64,000 nt of DNA from Spirochaetia bacterium (GTDB lineage Bacteria > Spirochaetota > Spirochaetia > SZUA-6 > Bin103). Positions within the stretch are counted from its first letter, which is position 1. The number at the start of each line of letters is the position of its first letter. The notes under the pieces were generated by a model. That model was not told the origin of the DNA and did not search any database. It saw only the letters and a program-made list of their open reading frames with translations. Positions 38,346 through 47,977 of this stretch are shown here, piece by piece. Position numbers and translations under genes: made by a program. Where the stretch lies: contig CBDBDQ010000005.1 in NCBI GenBank assembly GCA_965203905.1, positions 2,624,001 through 2,688,000 of the forward strand, given 5' to 3'.

Positions 38346-39929
38346 TCACGTGGCCCCGTCCGGCGGCGGTCCGCACTCCCGATGCCGGAGACGGTGGTGA
38401 GCAGCGCAATGTAGCCTGAGATTCCCGGGCGCGGCGCTGCCGCCAAGCGCGAAGGGAACGATGTGGTCGAGCTCCAGCAGGAAGCGGGAGCCGCAGCGCC
38501 GCCCGCTGTGCGGATCGACGTAACTGCAGCAGCCGCCGTCGCGGCGCCACACCTCGCGCCGCACTGGTGCCGGAATGTAGCGGGATCGGCGTGCCCGATG
38601 GGGCGGCTGTGCGCTGCCTCCGGACGGGCCGGCTGCCGCCGGCTGCGGCCGCGGCCGACCATCGATCTGCGCCGCCCCTGCCCGCTTCGCCGGCGAAGGA
38701 GCGCTGCGACCACGATCCACCGGTGCCAGCGCGGCCGGTCTGCTCTGGTCTGCCGGCGGCGTCGGCCGTGGCGCCGGTACGGTGGCGCGGGACCCGCAAG
38801 CTGCCACCGACTTCGCTGGCGAAGTAGCGGTATCGGGCGCCGCCGCCGCTGGCCTGGTACTCACCGGCGTGATTCCGCCGAAAGTCTCGCGCCCCGACGG
38901 CGGCGCGGACAACGCTGCCGGCGTCGAGGTGGCGGTACCGCCAATCCCATGCGCGGGTTTCTGTGCGGACAGCGCTGCCGGCGCCGGGGTGCTGCCACCG
39001 GCGATCGTGCCCTCCGGCGTCGACGGCACTCCGGGTTGCTGTTGCGCGCCCTGCTTCGCCGGCGAAGCTGTCCCGCCCGCCGGCCCTTGCTGCGCCTTCG
39101 GCTCCGGCGCCGGGCCCGCGCTTCCCTCCTGGCGCGCACCTCTGCGCCCGCGCGGCGGTCGCCCCGGGTCGTAGCGCCGCAGGCCGTCCTGCACCAGCCG
39201 CTCCACCAGTTGCCCCAGCGTCAGGTGCGGGTCCACGTGCGACAGCAGTCCCCGTAGCTGCTCGATCCCGCGCTGACAGGCAGAGTCGATCGCCACCTTC
39301 AGCTCCCAGCGGCCGTCGCCCAGCGCCCGCAGGCGATCGGCCGGGCGCGGCAGCTCGGGAGCCACCCCGGCCAACAACTGCTTCACCTCGCGGGTGCTCT
39401 TGCCGCTCGCCTGCGCCACCAGCTCCTGCCGCTGCGCCGCGTCCAGCGCCGGCACCGGCTGCGCTGCCGCCGCTGCCTCGGCCCCGGAAGCCCCCGCCTC
39501 CAGCGTCGTCCCCGTGCCGAGCGGCAGCAGCTCCGGTGCCGCGGGTGGCGAGCCGTAGTCCGCGGCGGTGGTGGCTGTGCGCTGCAGGAGATCGAAGGTG
39601 TTCTGCAACTGCGCCGCCGCACTCAGGGAGAGCGAGCCGTCCTGCAGCCGCTCGCGTGACCCGGCGGTATCGGAGCACAGGCGCATGGCTTTGATACGGC
39701 GCCAGGCGGCGCCTTCGCTATAGCCGAGTTCGCGCACCGCGTAGTCGAACAGGCTGGAGAACCCGAGGCGCAGATGGAGGTGGCGGGCGTGGATCTCGCG
39801 CAGGTGGTCGAGGACGGCGAGCTGCAGCGCCTGCTCGTGCAGGACGAGGGACCTGGTATGCGCCAGCAGCACCTGGTCGGGGAGCCCGGAGAGGGAGGAG
39901 GTGAAGCCGGTAGCGGTCGCGGTAGCCAT
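38346..39929 (-). CDS. HNH endonuclease with DUF222-like N-terminal region and a long low-complexity linker
   Basis: GFSSLFDY...LGYSEGAAWRRI at the N-terminus. RYIPAPVRREVWRRDGGCC...ELDHIVPFALGG...NLRLHCAAHH at the C-terminus. Confidence 0.88.
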   Translation of the reverse strand: MATATATGFTSSLSGLPDQVLLAHTRSLVLHEQALQLAVLDHLREIHARHLHLRLGFSSLFDYAVRELGYSEGAAWRRIKAMRLCSDTAGSRERLQDGSLSLSAAAQLQNTFDLLQRTATTAADYGSPPAAPELLPLGTGTTLEAGASGAEAAAAAQPVPALDAAQRQELVAQASGKSTREVKQLLAGVAPELPRPADRLRALGDGRWELKVAIDSACQRGIEQLRGLLSHVDPHLTLGQLVERLVQDGLRRYDPGRPPRGRRGARQEGSAGPAPEPKAQQGPAGGTASPAKQGAQQQPGVPSTPEGTIAGGSTPAPAALSAQKPAHGIGGTATSTPAALSAPPSGRETFGGITPVSTRPAAAAPDTATSPAKSVAACGSRATVPAPRPTPPADQSRPAALAPVDRGRSAPSPAKRAGAAQIDGRPRPQPAAAGPSGGSAQPPHRARRSRYIPAPVRREVWRRDGGCCSYVDPHSGRRCGSRFLLELDHIVPFALGGSAAPGNLRLHCAAHHRLRHRECGPPPDGAT

Positions 39930-40422
39930 GGCGTAAATATACTCATAGCTGAGAAATGACCGGTTACGGCAAGACCCGGACCGGCATCGGGAACGGTGCA
40001 GGCCGGCGCTGGCGGGGTGCTGACGGGCCTGGTGGGAGTGGCGGGATGTTCGAAGGGTCGGAGGGGCCGGAACGTGCGGCAGGGGGCCATGACGAGCGGC
40101 GCCAAACCCGTCAAGTGCTCAGCGCACTTTTTTTCCACCTGTTCGCAGAATCTTGCACCGCGGCGCCGACGTGGCAGCAACGCATCGGTGGACCATCAGT
40201 GGAGACCGGCGTTGCGGGTGGTGGCTCCCGCCCATTCCTGGACACGTCGTACAGCGAAGGAGCCACACACCTGAAGGCGGCGATCTGGCAGGCGCCGCGT
40301 CGGGGCCATCACCGAAGCTCGGCCACACACGGGACGCAGATGTCGTTCAGCATGGGAGGGCCCTGCCACCCCGCGTGAGGGAATGCTCGGACCGACCCGC
40401 GGAATGCGGTAGTCTGTAGCGC

Positions 40423-40848
40423 ATGGAACGGGTATCGACCTCCCCTGACGACTATCTCGCAACGCTGCCGGACGAGATTCGCGGTGACATGACGGCCCTG
40501 GACGAACGCCTCGCGGCGGCACTGCCCGGGCACCGCCGCAGCCTGTGGGAAGGGGTGTTCTGGGGCGGCAGCGAGCAGTCGATCATCGGCTACGGCGACT
40601 ACTCCTACATACGCTCGGACAAGACGCCGGTGGAGTGGTTCATCGTCGGCCTGGCGCGGCAGAAGAACTACTACAGCGTCTACGTCAACGCGGCCGACGG
40701 CCGCCGCTACCTCACGGAGTCGTACGCGGACCGGCTCGGCAAGGTGAAGGTTGGCAAGAGCAGCATCAGCTTCCGGCGGCTCGCCGATCTCGAGATGGAG
40801 GTGCTGGTGGAACTGGTCGAGCGTGCCGGCGTGCTGATGAGCACCTGA
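40423..40848 (+). CDS. DUF1801 domain protein
   Basis: IIGYG, GLARQKNYYSVY and LGKVKVGKSSISF motifs. Confidence 0.82.
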   Translation: MERVSTSPDDYLATLPDEIRGDMTALDERLAAALPGHRRSLWEGVFWGGSEQSIIGYGDYSYIRSDKTPVEWFIVGLARQKNYYSVYVNAADGRRYLTESYADRLGKVKVGKSSISFRRLADLEMEVLVELVERAGVLMST

Positions 40849-40852
40849 AGCG

Positions 40853-41347
40853 CTACGGCGGTGCGGAGTCGATTTCGTTGCGCGCGAGGTAGACGGGAGC
40901 GTCCGGGAGGTCGCGGACCAGCTCGCGCAGGAACGGCGGCATGAGATTTGCCCGCTCCACGGCGTCGACCGGGATCCACTCGAACCGGATGCCAGGCTCC
41001 GTCCCCCCGAAGACACCGTCGCGGGCGCGGATTCGCGATGTTGCTTCAAGCTGCACCAGGAAGTAGAGGCTGATCTCCTGGTGGCGGCGGCCGTCCAGCA
41101 CGAAGAGATTGTCGGCGGCGGCGAGTAGCCGAGCGATTTTCACCGGCTCCCCAAGCTCCTCCCGTGCCTCGCGCTGCAGCGCGGCGGGGGCGGTCTCTCC
41201 GTACTCCACCCGGCCGCCCGGTACGAAGCAGAACGTGCCGGCGAGGTTCCACTCCACCAGCAGTCTGTTGTCGCGGATCAGGATCCCCCCGACCCGATAC
41301 ATGAAGGTGAGCCCGGCGTGCGAGCTCATGATCATCCGCCTGGCCAT
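40853..41347 (-). CDS. NUDIX hydrolase
   Basis: PGGRVEYGETAPAALQREAREELG Nudix box. Confidence 0.9.
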   Translation of the reverse strand: MARRMIMSSHAGLTFMYRVGGILIRDNRLLVEWNLAGTFCFVPGGRVEYGETAPAALQREAREELGEPVKIARLLAAADNLFVLDGRRHQEISLYFLVQLEATSRIRARDGVFGGTEPGIRFEWIPVDAVERANLMPPFLRELVRDLPDAPVYLARNEIDSAPP

Positions 41348-41481
41348 GGCAGTTTCTCTCGGAGTATGGCGCGTACGACCCGCCGCGGGGTAGGGTAGTG
41401 TGCACGCAAGGCCACTCCGTGGCGCCGGAGACCATGAAGACGATGAAAACGGGTGTACTTGGTTCGTCTGAGGAGCTCACG

Positions 41482-42324
41482 ATGGGGAGTCCAGCCGACG
41501 CGACTGCCACGGTGCTGCGGGAGCCGGTGCCGATGACCGACGAGCAGAGATTCTTCTTCGATCTGCGCGGCTGGATCCTGCTGCCGGGCGTGCTGACCGA
41601 GCCGGAGATCGAAGCGATGAAGGCCGAGGTGTACGGCGGCGCCCAGAACGGTTACGAGGGCGCGCTGCAGAACCTCCTCGACCATCCGGCCATCACCGGC
41701 ATTCTGAGCGCGATCCTGTCCGAGCGCTACTACTGGACGGACGAGTGCTACAGCTTCCGGTGCGAGAATTCCTTCACCACCGTCCGCCACGCCGGGTGGA
41801 AGACCACGCTGCGCGGGGAGAGCGGCCGGGCCCACGTGGTGCGGCCGCCGCAGCAGGCCAACGCGATGCGCTACCAGGTGGCCGGCAGCCAAATCTTCGC
41901 CGGACTCACGCGCGTGGTGTGGGAGCTGGAGGAGGTCAGGGCCGGGCGCGGCGGCACCAGCTTTCTGAGCGGCTCGCACAAGGCGCACTTCGATTACGGC
42001 AGTCCCGATCCGCTGCAGCCGAACGCCTTCGACTCGCCGTGGGAGGCGCAGATCGACGCCGCCATGGAGGACTACCGCTGTCCGCCCGGGTCGGCGATCA
42101 TCTTCACCGAGAGCCTGCTGCACGCGGCCAACGACTGGACCGATACCGAAAACCCGCGCTGCGCGGTGTTCAACTGCTACAACTCGGTGTGGGCGCAGTG
42201 GCACCGCCTCAACCTGAACCACGAGATCATTGCCGCCATGCCGCCCAAGCGGCAGACCCTGTTCCGCGGGGTGTGGGAGTTGGGCGGCAACCGCACCTAC
42301 TCTACCGACAACCGCTCGGTGTGA
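41482..42324 (+). CDS. PhyH-family (phytanoyl-CoA dioxygenase-like) Fe/2OG enzyme
   Basis: FFDLRGWI, GSHK, PPGSAIIFTESLLH and a distal R. RBS GAGGAG. Confidence 0.85.
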   Translation: MGSPADATATVLREPVPMTDEQRFFFDLRGWILLPGVLTEPEIEAMKAEVYGGAQNGYEGALQNLLDHPAITGILSAILSERYYWTDECYSFRCENSFTTVRHAGWKTTLRGESGRAHVVRPPQQANAMRYQVAGSQIFAGLTRVVWELEEVRAGRGGTSFLSGSHKAHFDYGSPDPLQPNAFDSPWEAQIDAAMEDYRCPPGSAIIFTESLLHAANDWTDTENPRCAVFNCYNSVWAQWHRLNLNHEIIAAMPPKRQTLFRGVWELGGNRTYSTDNRSV

Positions 42325-42344
42325 GGCGAAGAGGTAACCGAACC

Positions 42345-43676
42345 ATGGCGGCCCCCGTTCTGCTGACGGACCAACAGGTCCAGGACTACCTGACCCGTGG
42401 CTACCTGGTGCTTCGCACCCGCCACCCCGCCGCGTTCCACCGGCGCATCCTGCGCCAGATCTCGACCCTGTACGCCACCGAGGGCAATCCGGGGAACGAC
42501 ATCCTGCCGCGGGTTCCCGATCTCTACGGGATCCTGCGCGACCCGGCGGTCGACGGCGCCCTGCGCAGCCTGCTCGGAGCCGACTACCTGGTCCATCCCC
42601 ATCGCCACTGCCACGAGAACCCGAGCGGCTCGGACGGCCAGCGGATGCACCAGGACAGCTACGAGAACGACCAGAACGTGCGCCACCACCGCACCCGGTG
42701 GGCGATGGCGTTCTACTACCCGCAGGACGTCCCGCTGGAGATGGGCCCGACCGCCATCCTGCCGGCCAGCCAGTACTACGAGACCGGGGCCCAGGCGCAT
42801 CGTCACGAGGAACTGGCGCTGTGCGGCGCGGCCGGCACCGTGACCATCGTCCACTACGACCTGTGGCACCGGGCCATGGCCAACACCAGCGACCGCCACC
42901 GCTACATGGTCAAGTTCCTGTTCACCCGCATGAGCGAGCCGCGCACGGCCGCGTGGGACCACCGTGCCGCGGCGTTCGATACCGCTGACGATGACCCGCC
43001 GGCCGCCCTGCGCCGACGGATGTGGGACTGGATGCGGGCGGCGGAGTGGAGCCCGACAGCCGACAACGGGGCTCTCGATGGCTGGGGGCAGGCCCTGGAG
43101 CAGGGTGCGGAGGCGGAGCGGCTGCGCGCCGCCTATGCCCTGGCCAGCCGCGGCGCGGAAGCGGTTCCGCACCTGGTGGCGGCGCTGCGGCGCCAGGCGG
43201 CGGATCTGCGCGACCGCAACCTGGCGGCCGACCACACCAACCCCAGCCAGCTCGATGCCGTGTTCGGACTGTCAGCCGTTGGGGCGCCCGCCGTGCCGGC
43301 AGTGGCGGCGTTGTTCGGCGACGAGGCGTGGTGGGTGCGCGCGGCCGCGGCCGACGTGCTCGGTGACATGGGCGAGACCGCGTGTGAGACCGTGCCGCAG
43401 CTCACCGGTGCCCTGAGCGACGATTCGGTCTGGGTACGACGTAACGCGATCGAGGCGCTCGGCTACCTGGGGCCGGCCGCGGCCACCGCCGTTCCCGCGC
43501 TCAGCCGCTGCCTGGCCGACGCGGACAGCCGGGTGCGCCACAACGCCGCCCTGACCCTGGCCAAGCTGGGCCCCGCCGCCGCCGCCGCCGTCCCCGCCCT
43601 GCGCCGCACCGCGGCCGACGCCGAGCCCTACACTCGCGCCAACGCCGCCGTAGCCCTGGAACGCATCGGCGCCTGA
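42345..43676 (+). CDS. PhyH-family dioxygenase fused to HEAT repeats
   Basis: MHQD, YYPQD, GPT and HYDLWHR motifs. C-terminal VRxxAAxALG repeats. Confidence 0.88.
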   Translation: MAAPVLLTDQQVQDYLTRGYLVLRTRHPAAFHRRILRQISTLYATEGNPGNDILPRVPDLYGILRDPAVDGALRSLLGADYLVHPHRHCHENPSGSDGQRMHQDSYENDQNVRHHRTRWAMAFYYPQDVPLEMGPTAILPASQYYETGAQAHRHEELALCGAAGTVTIVHYDLWHRAMANTSDRHRYMVKFLFTRMSEPRTAAWDHRAAAFDTADDDPPAALRRRMWDWMRAAEWSPTADNGALDGWGQALEQGAEAERLRAAYALASRGAEAVPHLVAALRRQAADLRDRNLAADHTNPSQLDAVFGLSAVGAPAVPAVAALFGDEAWWVRAAAADVLGDMGETACETVPQLTGALSDDSVWVRRNAIEALGYLGPAAATAVPALSRCLADADSRVRHNAALTLAKLGPAAAAAVPALRRTAADAEPYTRANAAVALERIGA

Positions 43677-43869
43677 CACTGACGCCAGCACGCTCAGGCG
43701 ACAGTGACCAGATGTAGCTTCAGTTGACGGTCGCTACGCGGGTGTCCGGCATCCAAGGAACAGGAGATCGGCCACCAGGCGGTTGCGACGCACACTGCGC
43801 TTTCCCAGGTCTGCCCGCGACAGACCGCTGAACAGGCCTCCGGCTATGTGCTACAGTGCACGGGTGCCC

Positions 43870-44262
43870 GTGGACTTCGACATCGATCTGGACCGGGTCA
43901 GGGCTTTCTTGCGCGGCAAGGCCGAGGGGCGGCGTGCCCAAATCGATGAGCGCTTCGAGCGCGCAACGCGCGACGCGCAAGCCATCGTCGCCGAGATCGC
44001 GCGGGTGGTGGAGCCACGCCGCATCTATCAGTGGGGATCTCTGCTGAATCGGGAGAGGTTCACCGAGCTCTCTGATATCGATATCGCGCTGGAAGGGCTG
44101 GCCGGCGCTGAGCAATTTTTTGCCGCTCTCGGCCTGGCGATGGAGAGGTCCACGTTGCCAGTCGATGTGGTCGAGTTGGAGAAGCTCCCCCCCACCACGG
44201 CCGAGCGGATACGAGAGCGAGGCAAGTTGGTGTATGAGCGCGACGAACCAGCAGATCCGTGA
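43870..44262 (+). CDS. Minimal nucleotidyltransferase (MNT) antitoxin
   Basis: WGS...SDIDIA motif and VDVV. Confidence 0.88.
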   Translation: MDFDIDLDRVRAFLRGKAEGRRAQIDERFERATRDAQAIVAEIARVVEPRRIYQWGSLLNRERFTELSDIDIALEGLAGAEQFFAALGLAMERSTLPVDVVELEKLPPTTAERIRERGKLVYERDEPADP

Positions 44263-44737
44263 CTTGCTGGCGGTTCTCGAAGATCGTCGGCACACACTCC
44301 AACAGATCTACGCTACCACCGAGAGGGCGCTGACCCAGGAGGTAGCTCAGTTGGGCAGGACCAGCGTGTCCGCGCTCATCGTCGCGGGCCTGGTCGAGAA
44401 CTACTACACCTGCCTCGAGACCATCTTCGTCCGCATCTCGCAGTTCTTCGAGAACAGCCTCGATCCGGCGCGTTGGCACAGCGACCTGTTGGAGAAGATG
44501 ACCCTGGCGATCACCGATACGCGCGTCCCGGTGGTTTCCAAAGAGAACTTCCCGCCGCTGCTGGAGCTGCTCAAGTTCAGACATTTCAAGCGCTACTATT
44601 TTGATCTGGAGTACGATTGGGATCGGCTCGATTTCCTAATGGTGAAACTGCGCAAAGCGCACCCCACTGTGGTGCGCGACCTCAAGCGGTTTGTCACGTT
44701 CCTCGAAGCGCTGATAGAGTCGGAGAAAGACACATAA
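44234..44737 (+). CDS. HEPN/HepT-like ribonuclease toxin
   Basis: ENYYTCLE, WHSDLL and FRHFKRYY (variant of RHxxRHxY). Overlaps the MNT gene. Confidence 0.82.
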   Translation: MSATNQQIRDLLAVLEDRRHTLQQIYATTERALTQEVAQLGRTSVSALIVAGLVENYYTCLETIFVRISQFFENSLDPARWHSDLLEKMTLAITDTRVPVVSKENFPPLLELLKFRHFKRYYFDLEYDWDRLDFLMVKLRKAHPTVVRDLKRFVTFLEALIESEKDT

Positions 44738-44760
44738 GCACAATCCCTCGGGGCCATCAA

Positions 44761-44896
44761 GACCTCTACGAAATCCTGCGCGACCCGGCGGTCGACGGCG
44801 CCCTGCGCAGCCTGCTCGGAGCCGACTACGTGATCCATCCCCACCGCCACTGTCACGAGAACTCGAGCGGCTCGGACGGCCAGCGGATGCACCAGG
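44761..44896 (+). pseudogene. Internal fragment copy of the PhyH-HEAT gene (42519-42655)
   Basis: Near-identical DLYEILRDPAVDGALRSLLG...QRMHQ. Confidence 0.9.
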
Positions 44897-45119
44897 AATT
44901 GGTGAGAAAAATAGAGATCGTAGAGCAATGAGATGGAATCAATTTGTCAAATTCACGAATTGGCGTAACAGTGGCTAAACGAACAAGAAATTCGCCATTT
45001 CGCGAAATGGGCCGATGGAGTGTCGTCTTGAGTCTATGCAATGCTCGGGAACGCAAATCCATGCTTTACAATACTCTCTGTGCAGAGATTCAGACTGGAC
45101 AGCGAGGATCAGGGGGTAT

Positions 45120-45430
45120 CCAAGGAGTGTTTCCGGTGATCGACCGGCCGGCGATCGACTTCATACTGCAGGAGTAGCGCGAGTCGGGAATCGAAGACAT
45201 CCTGTTCATCACCGCACGCCCGAGCCGTTCACCGGCGGCGAGCCGTTCGTGGTGATATTCCCCGATGATCTGCACTTCGCCGGGCCGCCGCTCACGCGCT
45301 AGTTGATCGACACCCACGAGCGAGCACGATCAGCCGCAATTGGAGCGCTACGGCGTGGTGGCGCTGGCAGACGACGGCCTGCACGTGACCGACATCGTGG
45401 AGAAGCCGCCACCGGGCACTGCGCCGATCT
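45120..45430 (+). pseudogene. Fragments of a GalU-like sugar-phosphate nucleotidyltransferase
   Basis: FPVIDRPAIDFILQE*RESGIEDILFIT, GEPFVVIFPDD and RYGVV...IVEKP, with stops and deletions. Confidence 0.75.
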
Positions 45431-45434
45431 ATAG

Positions 45435-45500
45435 TTCCTACGCGCGCTCGGACAAGACGCCGGTGGAGTGGTTCATCGTCGGGCTGGCGCGGAGCAGAAC
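45435..45500 (+). pseudogene. Fragment copy of the DUF1801 gene (about 40603-40668)
   Basis: Shared RSDKTPVEWFIVGLAR, with near-identical DNA. Confidence 0.85.
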
Positions 45501-45504
45501 CACT

Positions 45505-46033
45505 CCAGGTGGAAGCGGTGCTGTCCTTGTTGGCGGCTCGACGGTGCCAGTCGGGGGCGCTGCGGGAGCACAACCTGGAGGTCGACCACACCAATCCCAG
45601 TCAGCTCGACACGGTATTCGCGCTGTCAGCCGTCGGCGCGTCCGCGGTGCCGGCGGTGGCGGCCTGCTGGGCGACGAAGCGTGGTGGGGTGCGCGCGGCC
45701 GCGGCCGACGTGCTCGGCGACATGGTCGAGACCGCGTGTGAGACCGTACCGCGGCTTACCGGTGCCCTGAGCGACGATTCGGTCTGGGTACGCGTAACGC
45801 CATCGAGGCGCTGGGTTACCTGGGGCCGGCCGCGGCCACCGCCGTTCCGCCCTCGGCCGCTGCCTCTCCGACGCCGACAGCCGGGTGCGCCACGATGCCG
45901 CTCTGACGCTGGCCAAGCTCGGCCCCGCCGCGGGCCGCCGCCGTCCCCGTCCTGCGCCGCACCGCGGCCGACGAGGAGCGCTATACCCGCGTTAACGCCG
46001 CGGTGGCCCTGGAACGCATCGGCGCCTGACACT
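45505..46033 (+). pseudogene. Degenerate copy of the 3' HEAT part of the PhyH-HEAT gene (about 43170-43680)
   Basis: Colinear with multiple indels. Ends with the identical GGAACGCATCGGCGCCTGACACTG. Confidence 0.9.
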
Positions 46034-46036
46034 GCT

Positions 46037-47299
46037 TCAGTCGACGATAACGGCGCGGATGGCGTGCTCGAAGTCGCGGAGCACCTGTTCGCTGCCCTGC
46101 TGCACCATCAGCACGGCCGTGAGCTCCAGCGTCGGGTCGGTCCAGGTCGTGGTGCCGAACGCGCCGCCCCAGCCGAAGGCCCCGCGCCCGCGGGCGCTGT
46201 TCGCGGCGGCCGGATCCAGGACCACCGCCACGGCGTAGCCGAACCCCCAGCCCGGCTGCTTGCCGTTGCCCTGGTAGAGCTCGCCGACCTGATTGCTGGA
46301 GATGGTCGCGACGGACTGAGGGCTGAGGAGTCGGTTGGCGAACAGCGTGCCGCCGTTGGCCAGCATCTGCTCGAAACGCAGGAAGTCGGCGGCGGTGCTG
46401 GAGAGCCCGCCTGAGGCCGAGACATAGCGGGCCGGTTTTTCCCACCCCTTTGCCTTGGCATCGAGACCGTGGATTACCACCCGTCTGGATTCCTTCTCCG
46501 GCGGCACAAAGAAGTGCGTGTCGGTCATGCCGAGCGGTTCGAAGATCCGCGTGCGCACGAACTCGTCGTAAGGCAGCCCGGACACGATCTCGATGATGCG
46601 GGCGACCACGTCGTGCCCCAGCCGCGGGCTGTAGGCCCAGCGCGTTCCTGGCTGGAAGTCCAGCGGCATGTCGGCGTAGAGCGGTACCCGGCTGGCCAGG
46701 GTTGCTCCTGGACCCGCTTCCGGGAGCACGGCAACCGCCGAGCCCAGGCCGGAGCTGTCGAGTCCGGAGGTGTGCGTCAGCAGGTGGTGGATCGTGATCG
46801 CCCGCTGGGCCGCCACCAGGCGATGCTCGGGCGGCTGTTTCCCGGTCACGAACCAGGGGCTGACGTCCCGATCCGCGGGCTGCTTGAGCACGGCGACCTG
46901 CATCTCCCCGAATTGCGGCAGGTAGGCGGCGACCTCGTCGGTCGGATGCAGCAGCCCCTCCTCGATCAGCATCATCGTTGCCACGCCGAGCACGGGCTTG
47001 GACGAGGAGGCCATGCGAAAGATCGCGTTCTCCTGCATGGCCCGCCCGCGCTCGACGTCCATCAGGCCGTGCGCCTCGAAGTGAACAACCTTCCCCCGCC
47101 GCGCCACCGCCGTGACCGCCCCCTGGATCTCTCCCGAGTCGATGTGGCGCTGCATCGCGGCGCCGATCCGGAGCAGGAGCTCGCTCGACATCCCCACCTC
47201 CTCCGGGAAAGCCGCGGGCATCTCCTCGGCAGGAAGCGCCGTCACCGCGAACGTCGCTATCGCCGCCAGCAAACCGTTTCTGGCGAACCCTTCGATCAT
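46037..47299 (-). CDS. Serine hydrolase, beta-lactamase class C-like family
   Basis: FRMASSSK (SxxK), LLTHTSG, WAYS and WGGAFGT motifs. Signal peptide. Confidence 0.92.
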   Translation of the reverse strand: MIEGFARNGLLAAIATFAVTALPAEEMPAAFPEEVGMSSELLLRIGAAMQRHIDSGEIQGAVTAVARRGKVVHFEAHGLMDVERGRAMQENAIFRMASSSKPVLGVATMMLIEEGLLHPTDEVAAYLPQFGEMQVAVLKQPADRDVSPWFVTGKQPPEHRLVAAQRAITIHHLLTHTSGLDSSGLGSAVAVLPEAGPGATLASRVPLYADMPLDFQPGTRWAYSPRLGHDVVARIIEIVSGLPYDEFVRTRIFEPLGMTDTHFFVPPEKESRRVVIHGLDAKAKGWEKPARYVSASGGLSSTAADFLRFEQMLANGGTLFANRLLSPQSVATISSNQVGELYQGNGKQPGWGFGYAVAVVLDPAAANSARGRGAFGWGGAFGTTTWTDPTLELTAVLMVQQGSEQVLRDFEHAIRAVIVD

Positions 47300-47318
47300 G
47301 AGGCGTTGCCTCGAGCCA

Positions 47319-47975
47319 CTACGGGCCGATGAGGGAGGTCTTGGTCTCCCGAAACTGAGTAACGGTGAAGTCCCAGCGCGATGCTTGCTGCGTCAGAAAA
47401 CGACGCGTCGCGCCATCAACCTGTCCCGCAACGTCCTCTTCGTAGTAGGCAAGCGCTTTGACGGCGTCGGTCGGCGGGAACTCATTGCCGTACAGCGCCA
47501 CGGCGGCGCCCAGCCCGTCCTGCAGCGGGATGCCGGCACGCAGGATCGCGGCCAGATCCAGATAGTCGCGCGCCGCGACGCGCTGCAGGAGCACCTTCAG
47601 CTTGGTGCCGAACAGATCGAGCAACGAGGCGACCGCCAGCACACCGTCAGCGGTCTGGTCCGGGTTTCCCACTCGGCCGAAACCGATGTCGCCAAAGAAC
47701 GACACCTTCACCGGATCGGGAGGGTTCACCGAGAGGGTCAACGCCGTGGGCTCGCGCTGTAGGACCTCGGCATCCGCGATGAACGGAATCTTGTACAACG
47801 CCTCGGTGTCGAGCGTTTGCGAGGAAAAAAAATCGAAATCGACGGAAGATCGATGTCCCAACCGCAACGCCAACGCGGTTCCACCGTACAACACGAAGTT
47901 GTCCGGGATTCCGACGAGGGCAGGCCACAGTTCGCGTTGCGCCTTCGGCAGGATGTCGAGTATCGGTTCGAGCAT
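47319..47975 (-). CDS. AbiEii/AbiGii family nucleotidyltransferase toxin
   Basis: LYGGTALALRLGHRSSVDFDF, TK...QR and RDYLD motifs. Confidence 0.9.
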   Translation of the reverse strand: MLEPILDILPKAQRELWPALVGIPDNFVLYGGTALALRLGHRSSVDFDFFSSQTLDTEALYKIPFIADAEVLQREPTALTLSVNPPDPVKVSFFGDIGFGRVGNPDQTADGVLAVASLLDLFGTKLKVLLQRVAARDYLDLAAILRAGIPLQDGLGAAVALYGNEFPPTDAVKALAYYEEDVAGQVDGATRRFLTQQASRWDFTVTQFRETKTSLIGP

Positions 47976-47977
47976 CG

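Noticed and set aside
42519-46033. Diversity-generating retroelement TR/VR pairs (also 57611 versus 59740)
   Set aside because: Differences are not adenine-specific, include indels, and no reverse transcriptase is present.
46037-47299. Antibiotic-resistance beta-lactamase
   Set aside because: SxxK serine-hydrolase fold only. Most members of this family are esterases or peptidases, so resistance cannot be inferred.
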